64,000 bases of DNA from Okamejei kenojei. Its lineage: Eukaryota. Positions 38,624 to 53,109 of the stretch are shown here, piece by piece. The first letter of the stretch is position 1. The number at the start of each line of letters is the position of its first letter. The DNA lies in contig CM069139.1 of NCBI GenBank assembly GCA_035221665.1, positions 50,902,001 through 50,966,000 on the forward strand. Reading direction: 5' to 3'. A program made the position numbers and the translations under genes. The notes beneath the pieces were generated by a model. It searched no databases. It saw nothing but the letters and a program-made list of their open reading frames with translations, and was not told the DNA's origin.

Positions 38624-39084
38624 TAGTGGTTGTTGTTGCTGGGGCAGGGCAGCGGCTGAGTACTCGGAGTACCCTGGACTCTCGCATCAAATCGACGTTT
38701 TATTGATGTGAGGATAACTGAGGTGGAATGTGTGGAATGCAGAAACACCACGGAACATAATTTGTGATAGGGTTCTCAGTAAAAGGGCATCGACCTGAGA
38801 TGTCAACGTTGTTGCTGTCGCAAAAGATTTGACGTGGCGTGAGTACTTCGAGCATTTTCAGTCTTTTTTACGATTGACAGTGTTTTTGCATCGATTCTAT
38901 CGTGTTGACACAGCTAAAAATATTAGGGGATTGGTTAACCGAACCGAAATTGGGTGGATGCGTTGTTGATCAAACAGGATGGCAAGTAAATGGCCCGGGG
39001 GTTAAAACGACAGATGTAATGAGATATGTTAACGTTTACTGTGATGTCGAAGCTGGTGATTTTTTATAAATCGAAGCACCTTAG

Positions 39085-39855
39085 ATAGAAAAATAGAAAA
39101 TAGGTGCAGTAGTAGGCCATTCGGCCCTTCGAGCCTGCACCGCCATTCAATATGATCATGGCTGATCATCCAACTCCCTATCCTGTACCTGCCTTCTCTC
39201 CGTACCCCCTGATCCCTTTAGGCACAAGGGTCACATCTAACTCCCTCTTAAATATAGCCAATGAACTGGCCTCAACTACCTTTTGTGACCTTTTGTGGCA
39301 GAGAATTCCACAGATTCACCACTCTCTGTGTGAAAAATGATTTTCTCATCTTGGTCCTAAAAGACTTCCCCCTTATCCTTAAACTGTGACCCCTTGTTCA
39401 GGACTTCCCCAACATCGGGAACAATCTTCCTGCATCTAGCCTGTCCAGCCCCTTAAGAATTTTGTAAATCTCTATAAGTTCTCCCCCCCCCCCCCCACCC
39501 AATCTTCTAAATTCCAGCGAGTACAAGCCGAGTCTATCCAGTCTTTCTTCATATGGAAGTCCTGCCATCCCAGGAATCGATCTGGTGAACCTTCTCGATA
39601 CTCCCTTTATGGCAAGAATGTCTTTCCTCAGATTAGGAGACCAAAACTGTACGCAATACTCCAGGTGTGGCCTCACCATGACCATGTGCAACTGCAGTAG
39701 AACCTCCCTGCTCTTGCACTCAAATCCTTTTGCTATGAATGCCAACATACCATTTGCTTTCTTCACTGCCTGCTGCACCTGCATGCCTAATTTCAATGAC
39801 TGGTTTACCATGACACCAAGGTCTTGTTGCGTCTCCCCTTTTCCTAATCGGCCAC
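39085..39855 (-). mobile_element. CR1 LINE 3' fragment
   Basis: AVKKANGML, VRPHLEYCVQFWSP, LYSLEFRRL and (TTCTA)-type tail. Confidence 0.88.
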
Positions 39856-40320
39856 CAAGATCTGGTTAGTTTACAATGTTTTCTGTTTAAATTCCAGCGC
39901 ACTCTGTCGATCTGGCGATGTTGTACACTGGATGTTATACAGAATACTACAATTGATTTTTACAGTTCAAAATTTGCCCCTTCTTGCATATGGCGTGCAC
40001 AGGCTAAAGTTGTAGGACAACTTGTTCTATTTGATCTTATTTGATTGTGCACGCCAGGTTGGTTGTATTCGTTGAAACAGGGCGGACCACGTGTCCACGT
40101 GTCCCTAGCCCTGTTCATCCGAGATTAACATCATTCTATCTATCCTTCTGAATGAGTCATGCAAATTTAGTGTCAAAATATATGCATTTGTTTTATCGGT
40201 TAAAAACCTTAACGATAATTCAAACAATCCCTAGTGTAATTGCAGAATAGAAGTTCCATTCCATCCCTTTGCTTTGAATTTGAGTTGAAATACAAATGAC
40301 AAAAACATACTTTATAATGT

Positions 40321-41159
40321 AGAAAAAAATGCTGGAGAAACTCAGCGGGTGAGGCAGCATTTATGGAGCAAAGGAAATAGGCAACGCTTAGGGTCGAAAC
40401 CCTTCTTCAGATTGATGTGGGGGGGGGGGGAGAAAGGAAGAGGTGGAGCTGGAGGGCTGAGGGAGAGCTGAGAAGGGGAGGAGAAAGTAAGGACTGCCTG
40501 AAATTAGAGAAGTCAATGTTCATACTGCTGGGGTGCAAACAGCCCAAGCGAAGTATGAGGTGCTGCTCCTCCAATTTACGGTGGTCCTCACTCAGGGCAT
40601 GGAGGAGGCCCAGGACAGAAAGGTCGGATTCAGAATGGGAGGGAGAGTTGAAGTGCTGGGCCACCGGGAGATCAGGTTGGTTATTGCGGACCGACTGAGG
40701 GTGTTTGGCAAAGTGATCGCCAAGCCTACGCTTGGTCTCACCGATGTAGAGCAACTGACATCTAGAGCAGTGGATGCAATAGATGAGGTTGGAGGAGGTG
40801 CAGGTGAACCTCTGCCGCACCTGGAAAGAGTCTTCAACTCCCCCTTCCATTCCAAATCCGACCTTTCTGTCCTAGGCCTCCTCCATGGCTGGAGTGAGGA
40901 CCACTATAAATTGGAGGAGCAGCACCTCATATTTCGCTCGGGCAGGTTGCAACCCAGCGGTATGAACATTGACTTCTCTAATATCAGGTAGTCCTTACTT
41001 TCTCCTCCCCATCTCCGTTCTTCCTCAGTCCACTGGCTCCACATCTTCCTTTCTTCCTTCCGCCCCCACCCTCACATCAGTCTGAAGAAGAGTTTCGACC
41101 CGAAACGTTGCCTATTTCCTTTGCTCCATAGATGCTGCCTCACCCGCTGAGTTTCTCCA
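40321..41159. mobile_element. Penelope-like element: GIY-YIG endonuclease 3' part with inverted duplication
   Basis: FTCTSSNLIYCIHCSRCQLLYIGETKRRL..HF..RKLEEQHLI..GMN on -; ~330 bp repeated on + from 40832; hammerhead-like repeat at both outer ends. Confidence 0.88.
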
Positions 41160-41400
41160 TCAGTACCCCGTTCCTGCCTTCTTCCCATATCCCCTATCTT
41201 TAAGAGCCCTATCTAGCTCTCTCTTGAAAGTATCCAGAGAACCGGCTTCCACCGCCCTCTGAGGCAGAGAATTCCATAGACTCACAACTCTTTGTGTGAA
41301 AAGGTGTTTTTTCATCTCCGTTCTAAATGGCTTACCCCTTATTCTAAAACTGTGGCCCCTGGTTCTTGACTCCCCAACATCGGGAACATGTTTTCCCCCC
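41160..41400 (-). mobile_element. CR1 LINE 3' end
   Basis: SRTRGHS, FTQRVVSLWNSLP, FKRELD. Confidence 0.85.
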
Positions 41401-42659
41401 CTGTTATAATTTGTTTTACAAAAATGGAATAGAAGCAAGAATAGGCCATTCAGCTCATCATGCCTACTCGCCTATTTATTGGTACACTTTCTCAAAATGA
41501 CCATTAATTTTCTCAGTACTTGCAAAATATGATTATCCTGTGCTTGCTCCCTGATTGAGCTCCTTGGGCAGAAAATCCAAAATATTTTCTTTGAGGCAAA
41601 TTCCAAAGTCTTTTCTGAGTCTTCATAGCAGTCCAATGATTTTGAGGTGCTGAGTAGTTCTTGATGGAAATACCAGACTTGGCATCCCTTTTTAAAAAAA
41701 AAAACTGGTGAATGCTGTTGAAATCTAATGAAGAGTATACCAAAATATTGCTAGGGTGATAACAGCATACAAGAAACAACCCGCTTCACGTGTGGCAGTA
41801 AACTCTTTTTCCCTACCCCCTTACACACCCATCCCAAACAAAAAATAAAACGTTCTTATTTTTCTATTAAATAGATATTATTACTTGGTACGATTGTTTG
41901 GATGCATTTCCTTTCGCTGCTCAGTTGCAATGCTGCAACTTAGTTTTCAATTTTGATGACAAATTGTCTATGGGATATAAGAAACGGAAGCAACAGTAAG
42001 CTAATTGGTTACTTGTTTGCTCTGTCATTTAATAAGATCATGGTTAGCCTCTTGCCTCCGTGCCACTTTCTTGCATTAGACCATGTCTTTAGGCTCATTT
42101 GATAACACAAAACTGCCGCAAGTGTGCCGCAAAATGTTACTGGCAATTAAAAAATACTTTTTTTAACCGCATGTAAGCGATTAAGCGGTTCTATTTTATT
42201 TTTTGCCTTTTACTGCACTTTAGTTTTTAGCAAAATGATATTTGAAACGCGTGGTGATTTGTATGTTGATTTAAATGGGTAAATTGTAATGGTGTTTGTT
42301 TTTTCTGAGAATGTTGCTGAGTTGGATTCCATTAATTAAAACAAATTTCCAAAATAATATAATTATTTATTGCTGTGTGAAAGACCTATCCTTTGAATGG
42401 TGACAGATTGGAAAACATTCACATTGAAAGAAAAATGTTGTACCTGTGCACAAATGGTAGAAATCAACATTTGGATGAAGTAAGCAGTTGAGAGGGCAAA
42501 TGGTTGATGGCTTTTATTGTGAGATGGATTGTGATCAGAAATAAAGTTTCTAACAGCAACCAATGAACTTCTAGAAAATTACATATAGCTTGATCCTCAT
42601 GCCTTTCTTTAATCAAAAAGGCCATACTTGTGATAAAGGGAATGCCGTAAAAAGATTTT

Positions 42660-43540
42660 CTGAGAATGTTCCAGTGATGTTGGATTAATAACTTTCTTGA
42701 TTAGTAAGGGTGTCAAAGGTTATGGGGAGAAGGCAGGAGAATGGGGCTGAGAAGGAAAAATAGATCGGCTATGATATCATGGCAGAGCAGACTTCATGGG
42801 CAAAATGGCCCAACTCTGCTCCTATGTCTTATGAATTTATAGATTTCTCATTTGGGGAACGATTGAGTTGACTATGCCTCCACACCAGAGTTTTAAAGAA
42901 CAAGTTATCTCATGGAAACTCTGAGTTCCAGAGATGGTAGATCTTACCCCTGGTTTAGAGAGGGGCCACAATGTCTGGATTAGGGATACATAAGGATTTG
43001 GGACTGAAATTAGAAATCACTTCAAAAGTTGCTGAATTCTTGAAATTCTCTACCTCAGAAAGGAGACATTGAGATTGTTTAAAACGAAAAAATAGATCAC
43101 TGGATAGCAAGAGAGTTGGGGGATAGAAACATTTATTAGTTGGTAAAATGAATAGAGCAATGGCAGATGGAGTTTAATCTTGAGTGTGAATGATGCACAA
43201 AATGAAAGGTGGCGTTTTGAGTATTAAAGAACAGAGGGACGGGACCTCTGTGCACATCTTTGGATACATGAAGGTGGCTACACCAGGAAATAAGGTGATG
43301 AAGGCATATGGGAATCTTGCCTTCATTGGCTATAGCATAGCACATAGGTGCAGACATTTTGGTACTCTAATTAGGTTAAGGTTAACGTTCTGTGTGCAGT
43401 TCGGTTGTTGCAGTATAGGAAGGATATGATTGGAGGGGGGTGCCACAGAAATTAGCCTGGATTAGCAGGTTGGAGTGTGTCACCTTGTAAGGAGGGACTG
43501 GATATGCTGGATTTGTTGCCATTGATCAGAATAGATTGAG
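42660..43540 (+). mobile_element. Degraded CR1 fragments
   Basis: CR1 tail ggttatggggagaaggcagg and WQMEFN / FCVQF remnants. Confidence 0.65.
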
Positions 43541-43595
43541 GCAATAAAATATTGACACGTCTTGTTTCTGATATCATCTGTATTTCTATTCATAG

Positions 43596-43646
43596 TGTCC
43601 CAGATGTATGCAGTGCGATGCAAAATTTGACTTTCTTACCAGGAAA
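43596..43646 (+). CDS. ZFYVE21: ZFYVE21 exon 2 (CPRCMQCDAKFDFLTRK)
   Basis: 51 nt, tag/gtaaga borders. Confidence 0.95.
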
Positions 43647-44469
43647 GTAAGAGATTTTATTTATTATCAGTTTATTACCTTTTTTGGCGTTATTTGGTGG
43701 TTTCCACTGGCAATAAAAATAAAAAAAACTAAGAAAACTGTAAATTTGCTTCAATGGGATAAATATTCAGTTGGCACAATATCTTTTATATGGTTCTAGT
43801 ACTTGGCAATGTGATATTTTTACACCATTTCCACATGTTTGTATCATGTCAGCATTCTGATATGGAGTAACTCAGCGGGTCAGATAGCATCTCTGGAGAA
43901 AAATGATGGGTGACGTTTCGGATCAGGCCCCTACCTCAGACTCGAAAAGGCACCCATCCTCTTTCTCCCAAGATGCTATGCTGCCTGACTCACTGAGTTA
44001 CTTTGTGTCTATTTTTGGTAGAAAACTTTGCTATTTGTTTCTTCATTAATATCACAATTGGTACATGTTATTTGCCCATTTAGTTCTCTCAACCATACCT
44101 GGTGTTAGGAAACCAGATAACGGGGATAATTAAGAAGGAGGGAATAGAATGTATGGTCTCCAATCACAATATTCACAATCCACATTATCTTGGACTTAAG
44201 AAATTACAAAATGAATCTCAAATTTCTGGCTTAATTTTTTGCATGTTGACAGGATTCCATATTTGTAAATAAATGTCTAAATATTGTTTGAAACTTGGCA
44301 ATGTCTATAGGTGACCTTTGAAAAATATACCAGGAAGATAAAATAGCATATTCAAATATTAATCTATTCATACATACTTTAAATTCTGATATTATCCTGT
44401 GGAATTCTGACTAGAGATCATCTTCTTAATGGTATGTTTACACCAAGCTTGGTGTTTCTATTTTTTATT

Positions 44470-45440
44470 GAAACATAGAAAATAGGTGCAGGAGGAGTCC
44501 ATTTGGCCCTTCGAGCCTGCACCGCCATTCATTGTGATCATGGCTGATCATCCACAATCAATAACCCGTGTCTGACCTCCCCATATCGCTTGATTCTGCT
44601 AGCCCCTAGAGCTCTATCCAACTCTCTTTTAAATTCATCCAATGAATTGGCCTCTACTGCCTTCTGTGGCAGAGAATTCCACAAATTCACAACTCTCTGG
44701 GTGAAAACGTTTTTTCTCATCTCAGTTTATTCTTGGCCTTTATTCTTAGACGGTCTTGCCCATCTTTCCTCGTATGACAGTCCTGCCACCCTGTGGATTA
44801 ACCTTGTGAACCTATGCTGCACTGCCTCAATAGCAAGGATGTCCTTCCAAACTGTACACAATACTCCAGTTGTGGTCTCACCAGGGCCCTGTACAACAGC
44901 AGGAAGACCTCTTTACTCCAATACTCAAATCTTCTCATTATGAAGGCCAACATGCCATTAGCTTTCTTCACTGCCTGTTGTACCTGCCAGTTTACTTACA
45001 GTGACTGGTGTACAAGGACCCCCAGGTCTCGTTGCACTTCCCTTTTTCCTAATCTGACACCATTGAGATAATAATCTGCTTCCTTGTTCTTGCCACCAAA
45101 GTGGATAACATCACATTTATCTACATTATACTGCATCTGCCATGCATCTGCCCACTCTCCCTGTCCAAGTCACCCTGCAACCTCCTAGCATCCTCTTCGC
45201 AGTTCACACTGCCAATCAGCATTGTGTCATCTGCAAATTTGCTAGTGTTACTTTTAATTCCATCATCTAAATCATTAAGATATATTGTAAATAGTTGCGC
45301 CCCCAGCACCGAGCCTTCTGCCATTCTGACAGGGTCCCGTTTATTCCTACTCTTTGTTTCCTATCTGCCAACCAATTCTCTATCCATGTTTATACCCTAT
45401 CCCCAATACCATGGGCTCTAATTTTGCCCACTAATCTCCT
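44470..45440 (-). mobile_element. CR1 LINE fragment
   Basis: GSVLGAQLFTIYLNDL, KFADDT, LQGDLD, QRVVNLWNSLP. Confidence 0.88.
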
Positions 45441-45678
45441 TGAGTACCCTGAGATGCAGACCATCGGGCCCTGATATTGTGTTGAGTACTGTAATACTCA
45501 GTCAGCAACCCTTATTGTATTCTGTTGAATGAAAGCACTGACAATTTCAATTTGAGTTTAAAAAGTATTGCTTTAAACTGGTATATTGTGTGCAGGAATG
45601 TATTTCTATTTTTAAATTGCCAGTATTAGTGAGTTCTAACAACATCTTTGATTTTTTTTTTTTGCGGGACTATCTTGA

Positions 45679-45873
<195 letters not shown>

Positions 45874-46819
45874 TAATATGTTTAGAAGACTATTTATGAC
45901 CTAAAATGTGACCTAAATGTTTTCTATGTACTTCTGTCATTTATATATGGAATTAATATGACTTCATAAGCTTGTAACTTTTCTAATGAGAGTTGAAATT
46001 TAGAATTGAACCTGTAACTGGATTTTGCCATGAACTTTTTTTCCTAATGTGCTTTTGCCTTTGTTTTCTTTCTTTTTACTGTCTTGCAGAATGTGTAATT
46101 TATTTTTAATTGAGAAAAAAAATTGCTAAATATTTCCTGAGTCTGCCAGTGATGCTGCAGCAAGCAAGGTTTTCATTGTACCTGTACTCGTGCTTGTAAC
46201 AATATACTTGATTCTGCTTTCAAATATTTCAATTAATTTGACAGCTCCATCTTGAGTATTTCATGTAATGTTTTAGGCTAGCACTAATCGGTCTCTATAT
46301 ACTCCATGGAGACATTTTGTTACTCTGAAATTCGGACTATTGAGGTGCAATATACCCTAACCTGATATCACAATGTGCATAATTATAAAAGTCACTGATA
46401 GACATCAGAAATGAAAGGAAAATTTAACTTTTAACCAAGGATTATAAGAGCACTTTTACCTCCGCTGAGTTAAGCTTACCTTTGACTCGGTGAGTGGTGC
46501 AACTATTCCTGAATAATGTATCTAAAAGGATGCTATGATATTTTTGTGGTGTGTTCAATATTTATCACCAATTAAGATTCAAAAATATTGTCATATGAAT
46601 TGGTAATGGGACAATGAAATACTTACTTCAGCTTTGTAGTCACATTAAACACTTCCTATAACGTACAACAAACTATTAGATATTTTGGGTAAGCCAGATC
46701 ATGATGGTACAAGCCAAAATATGTAGTGCAGTCTATTGTGATGTTGTGTCGTGATTAGGATTGTGCAAGGAGTGGTTCAAGAGCCTGGTTGTTTATGAAG
46801 AAGCTGTTCTTTAACCTCA

Positions 46820-47920
46820 GACTTAGTCACAGAGTGATACAGTGTGGAAAACTGGCCCATCGGCCCAACTAGCTCACACCAGCCAACGATGTCCCAGCTA
46901 CACTAGTGCCATTTGCCTGAGCTTGGTCCATATCCCTCCAAACCTGTCCTATCCATGTACCTGTCTAACTGTTTCTTAAACGGTGGGATGTGTGAAAAGG
47001 TTACCCCTTGGATTCCCATTAAATCGTTTCCCCTTTACCTTGAACCTATGCCCTCTGGATCTCGACTCCCCTACTCTGGGCAAAGGACTCCAAGTGAGTC
47101 TACCTGATCAGTTCCTCTCATGATTTTGTATACCTCTATAAGATCTCCTCTCATCCTCCAGCACTCCATTGAATAGAGACCCAGCCTACTCAACCTCTCC
47201 CTATAGCTCACACCCTCTAGTCCTGGCAACATCCTCATTTCTGAACCCTTACAAGCTTGACAATATCTTTCCCCCAACATGGTGCCCAGAACTGAACACA
47301 ATATTCTCACCAACGTCTTATACAACTGCAACATGACCTCCCAACTTCTATACTCAATACTCTGACTGATGAAGGCCAAAGTGCCAAAAGCCTTTTTGAC
47401 CACCTTACCTGTGACTCGACCTTCAAACCTAACCATTTACCTGTACTCCTAGATCCCTTTGTTCTACAACACTACCCAGAGGCCTACCATTTACTGTGTA
47501 GGTCCTGCCCTTGTTCGGCATCCGAAAATGCAACACCTCACACTTCTCTGTATTAAATTCCATCTACCATTCCACAGCCCACCTGGCCAATCGATCCAGA
47601 TCCTGCTGCAATCTTTCACAACCATCATCACTAACTGCAAAACCACTAACTTTTGTATCATCAGGAAACTTGCTTATCTTGCCCTGTATGTTCTCATCCA
47701 AATCATTGATGTAGATGACCAACAGTAACGGGCCTAGCACCGAACCCTGCGGCACAGCACTAGTCACAGGCCTCCAGTCCGAAAAGCAACCTTCCATCAG
47801 CACCCACTGCTTCCTTCCTTGGAGCCAATTTGTTATCCATTTAGCTATCTCTCCTAGGATCCCTTGAGATCTAACCTTCCAGAGCAGCCTACCATGCAGA
47901 ACCTTGTCGAATGCCTTTCT
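46820..47920 (-). mobile_element. CR1 LINE fragment
   Basis: VPQGSVLGPLL..YINDLD, SKFPDDTK, RGDLIEVYKI. Confidence 0.88.
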
Positions 47921-48054
47921 GAACTCCAGCTTTTTGTGTCTATGTAAACCAGCATCTGCAGTTCCTTCCTACACATTCTGACTTTTTTAGGACTGTTTAT
48001 TGGGTGTCTCTGGCAATGTACCACAATTGACACACTTTACTATTTGTTGCCAAG

Positions 48055-48130
48055 GGGCTGCATTCCTTGTAACTTCAAGTTCCTCAGAAAAAGGTGAGAC
48101 AATGTGTTGCCGGCTGTCAAACAACCACAG
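48055..48130 (+). CDS. ZFYVE21: ZFYVE21 exon 4 (GAAFLVTSSSSEKGETMCCRLSNNHR)
   Basis: 76 nt, aag/gtaagt, phase 1-2. Confidence 0.93.
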
Positions 48131-48479
48131 GTAAGTACAATTGACTTTGAATGCTGCAATAAGATAGTTTGGTTTGCACCATGCATGTTAGAAGGCTGAT
48201 TGTCCTGCTCCTAATTTGTACATTCATGTGGAAGATAAAAGCCATTCCATCATGTCTGTGTGATGAAATATTGTGTTATCATACCATCAACAACGGCTAC
48301 ATTTAGGACCCCTAAAAGTATGGGTACTAAATGTAATCATTGCTGATGGTGTAAAGGGAAGACCATTTGTTGCTGGCCCTGATTGGTCCTGGTCTTTTCT
48401 CACCTCCAACTCTTCACCACCCTCCCCCCCACCATCCCTTACTTTCAGTCTGAAGAAGGGTCCTACCCTGAAATGTCAC

Positions 48480-50085
48480 TGGACAAGGAGAACCAGTGGA
48501 TGTAGTGTACCTGGACTTTCAGAAAGCATTTGATCGCAATCACAATCAATCACTATCAGTTTTATTCGTCACTTGCACATAAAGTCCAAGGGAAATTAAT
48601 TTGCCAGCAGCGGTACAATGAAAAAGGACACACAAAAACACAATAGAAATTTAACATAAACATTCACCAGCTCTGCAGACCCCAGCTTCAGGCTGCTGCG
48701 GGCTAGTGAACGGAGCGCTCCTCTCCGGCGAGGGCTCGCCCACTCGGTGACGAGCGTCCACGCTGCGCCCGCAGCTGAAGCCCCGGGCACGTCTCCGGGA
48801 AAGGCCACACCGATCCTCGATGTTAGGCCACGGGGGAGGCGACATGGAAAAAGTCGCCTCTCCGTGGAGGAGGCGACCGAAGCGGTTTCCCCCTTACCCC
48901 CCACACAAGACACACAGAGAAACATTAAACACATACATTAAAACACACTAAAAAAACAAAAAGGTAGAAAAAACGAACACGCTGCTGGCAGGGCTGCCGG
49001 CTTGCAGCGCCCCCACCGGCCTATTCCCACACAAGGTCGCACATAGGAGATTAGTGGGCAAAATTAGGGCACATGGAATTCAGGGTAGAGTGCTGACATG
49101 GATAGAGAAGTGGTTGGCAGACAGGAAACAAAGAGTAGGGATTAACGGGTCCCTTTCAGAATGGCAGGCAGTGACTAGTGGGGTATCGCAAGGCTCGGTG
49201 CTGGGACTGCAGCTATTTACAATATACATCAATGATTTGGATGAAGGGATTCAAAGTAACATTAGCAAATTTGCAGATGACACAAAGCTGGGTGGCAGTG
49301 TGAACTGTGAGGAGGATGCTATGAGAATGCAGGGTGACTTGGACAGGTTGGGGGAGTGAGCAGATGCATGGCAGATGAAGTTTCATGCGGATAAATGTGA
49401 GGTTATCCACTTTGGTAGCAAAAACAGGAAGGTAGATTACTATCTAAATGGCGTCAAGTTGGGAAAAGGGGAATTACAACGGGATCTGGGAGTCCTTGTA
49501 CATCAGTCTATGAAGGTAAGCATTGCAGGTACAGCAGGCAGTGAAGAAAGCGAATGGCATGTTGTCCTTTATAACAAGAGGAATCGAATATAGGTGCAAA
49601 GAGGTCCTTCTGCAGTTGTACAGAGCCCTAGTGAGACCACACCTGGAGTATTGTGTGCTGTTTTGGTCCCATAATTTGAGGAAGGACATTCTTGCTATTG
49701 AGGGCGTGCAGCGTAGGTTTACAAGGTTAATTCCCGGGATGGCGTGACTTTCATATGCTGAGAGAATGGAGCAGCTGGGCTTGTACAATCTGGAGTTTAG
49801 AAGGATGAAAGGGGATATCATTGAAGATTGTTAAGGGTTTGGACACGTTAGAGGCAGGAAACATGATCCCGATGTTGGGGGAGTCCAGAACCAGGGGCCA
49901 CAGTTTAAGAATAAGGAGTAAGCCATTTAGAATGGAGACGAGGAAACACTTTTTCTCACAGAGAGTGGCGAGTCTGTGGAATTCTCTGCCTCAGAGTGCG
50001 TTGGAGGCAGGTTCTCAGGATGCTTTCAAGAGAGAGCTAGATAGGGCTCTTAAAAATAGCGGATATGGGGAGAAGGGGTACCGAT
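48480..50085 (+). mobile_element. CR1 LINE interrupted by a SINE-like insertion (~48555-49020)
   Basis: YLDFQKAFD left of the insertion; then QGSVLG, KFADDTK, RPHLEYC, TRGHS. Confidence 0.88.
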
Positions 50086-51838
50086 TGACCATACCTCCCA
50101 TGCCTTAAGGTCTTCCAAGAAGGTTTTAACTGTGCATGGATTTCTGCCTTTACTGTAAATGCCTGTTCCTGCATATTTCCTCTTATTTTAAAACCCTCCT
50201 TAAAATCTACCATTATCAACTCATCTGCCACAGAATCCATATTTTATCCTTTGGTGGCACAATGATGCAAGCAGAACTGTTTTCTGATGGCTACAGAGAT
50301 TCCGTCGAAATCTTGGGCAACATATAGAGTTAAAAAGTATTTCTGTGACTGTGAGTTTTCCCCAGGTGCCCTGTTTTTTTTTAATTGGCCACTATGAATG
50401 GGAAAGTTGGTGAAATGTGAGGAGAATATGAAAAAGATTAGTGTAAGATTGGTTAAATGGTCCTTGATGATCGGCACACACTTTGTAGGCTGAAAGGTCC
50501 GTTTCAACACCATCTGTTACTCGGACTGAGATTGCAAATGGTCCCTTTGTCACCCATGAGGTTTGTCAGAAATTAAAAATAATTTGGGAATGGGGAGGTG
50601 AGACCCTTACTTCAGAAAAAGCATTAATTTGTTATTTTGTTGGTAAACCTGTATCAATGTTGACAGCAGCCATGGATTACATTTACTGTAATTGTGTGTA
50701 TCCTCACTAATATGTGCCTTTGGCATTTTGGAGTCTGGTATACATCAAATAGAGGCAGAATTGCTGATTCTCAACTGTGAATACCAAGTTACAGAGATTC
50801 CCCGTTACAGAATTCACAATTATTTGAGATATGGAATAAAATCTACTCTCTGAAATTGTGCATGTGGGGAGAAAAAGCAAATAAATCAAAACAAATTGTG
50901 TGCAATAATGCAGCTTTGCATTATGGAAAATGGTGATGTGGACCTTTTCGTGAGGGTTGGCTGCAAACATTTTTTGCATTTTATGTTTCAGAAGAAAGAC
51001 AAACCACTGAAAACTTCTTGGTTCAAATGTAAATGCAAATATGATCCATTTTCTGATGATAAATACTAGCTGAAATATAATTGAGCTTTGAAATTTAGCA
51101 GGAACCAAATTTAATATAGACCTGAAGACTTAATTTTTAGAAACCCATGAGTAGCTGTGTTTGCTGCTTTAAGAAAAATTCAGACAGCTTTTTTTCTGGT
51201 CTATTAAGTTTTCTAGTTGTTACTGCTAAGAAAAATCATATTAATTAGATGAGCAGTTACATCATATGGTGTGTGTAAACTGACTGTTTTTCCAGGTATC
51301 TCATTTGTGGTTTGAAGTGTGATATTATTTCTCTATTTCCCTTTTTCTTCTTGAGCCCTAACTACCAACAAGCATTTTGACGCCAAGTGGTGAGACTGCT
51401 AAAGTTGGCATCAATACTTCTTTAAATCTGAAGAAAATATTGGCTTGTATCATGCACTCTTTAAGATCAGCATGCAAGCAAAGTCAAGTTTATTCGTCAC
51501 ATACACATACGAGATGTGCAGTGAAATGAAAAGTGGCAGTGCTCGTGGACTTTGTGCAAAAAAACAAACAACCAACAAACTACAAACAGAATGGAACAGA
51601 ATCACATGCTCTTTTACATATTAAATATTGTGAGTGGTATTGTGGTACAGTAAAGTTAGTCCCTGGTGAGATAGGAGTTTACGGACCTAATGGCCTCTGG
51701 GAAGAAACGCCTTCTCAACCTTTCCTTTCTCACATATTCAGGATGCGTTTTGAATGTCTAAGATGCTTCATATAATGGAATCAATTATAACAGCAGTCTT
51801 CAGAAATAGCTAATTGATATTTTTCATTAAAATATTAA

Positions 51839-51994
<156 letters not shown>

Positions 51995-52501
51995 TAACCA
52001 TCCTTACAACTAATTTCAGAAAAATTACTGCTTTAAAGTTATTGATTCATAAAGTTTAATAGATTTCTCTGCTGGAACAAAATGGGATTCGTCCAGACTT
52101 GATGAGGAAAACTAAGTGCCAGGTTGATTCTTACATATAAATAACAGAGTGCTGTTCACCATGGGAATTGCTGTTGGATCAAGTTCCATTGTTAAGATGT
52201 ATAGGTCAGAGTTTTGGTATAAAGACCAGTTGAAATATCAAAAGAATAGTTGATATGCTGTCAATGTGTCAATTGTAGATGATATAAACAACTTTGGAAC
52301 TTAGCTTTGTTTTCTAAAACGTGCAAGTGGAATTGGAAGTTTTTAAAATTAAATTTGGTTTGATGCTGTAAAATAATGATCATATAGTTAGTGGTATTTG
52401 TGCATTGAATTAGATGGAGGACATATTTACCTGATTTAGAATGGCCTGAAACTAATCCTTCTTTTCAATGCCTGCTGCTGCTGCCTATCGTCTTGAAAAA
52501 G

Positions 52502-52555
52502 AGAAAGATATTCACACTTACACCAGCCTACTGGAGAATCCGTACATTACTGAAG
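52502..52555 (+). CDS. ZFYVE21: ZFYVE21 54-nt cassette exon (EKDIHTYTSLLENPYITE)
   Basis: Symmetric phase 1-1, aag/gttaga; resembles the recalled human isoform insert EKDIHAYTSL... Confidence 0.85.
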
Positions 52556-53109
52556 GTTAGAAGTATGATTGTCAAATTAAGCAAGTGTGCTCATTTTTCT
52601 AACTGTCTCCCAGAGCTTGACCTTAAATTTATTTTTTGCTAGTTGCTTTGTGAGTGATGCTTCTCCTGTGAAGAATAACCTATGTAGCTTCAGTTGAACT
52701 AAATCAGTTGTTGGTGCTGAAGTTAGTGATGCATTGTAAATTACAAGGCAAGCTCCTCCCAAACTAAGCATTGTGTCTTTCCCCTCCTTGCTTGCTTTTA
52801 GTTTGCATGAGCTCTTTGTTGCAGTCAGAAATAGTAGCATTGTTTCCAAGAATACTATGCTAGTGACTTGTATTCATCAAATGCATTCCCTCATCATTCC
52901 TTAGTAGTGTTGCCAATGACTTGAATATTTTTGCAGTTATTTTGGTCTTACTGAAATTTTATACTATTTTATTAATGCAAAGAGGCAAGATCTGCTTAAT
53001 TGGAAATCTACCTGAAATGATTCTGGATTCATACCTCATGTTAGCTTCACACGTGTTAGTGCGCTGCTGAAAATGTGTAAGCTCAAATATATGCAATCAC
53101 CTCCTACAA

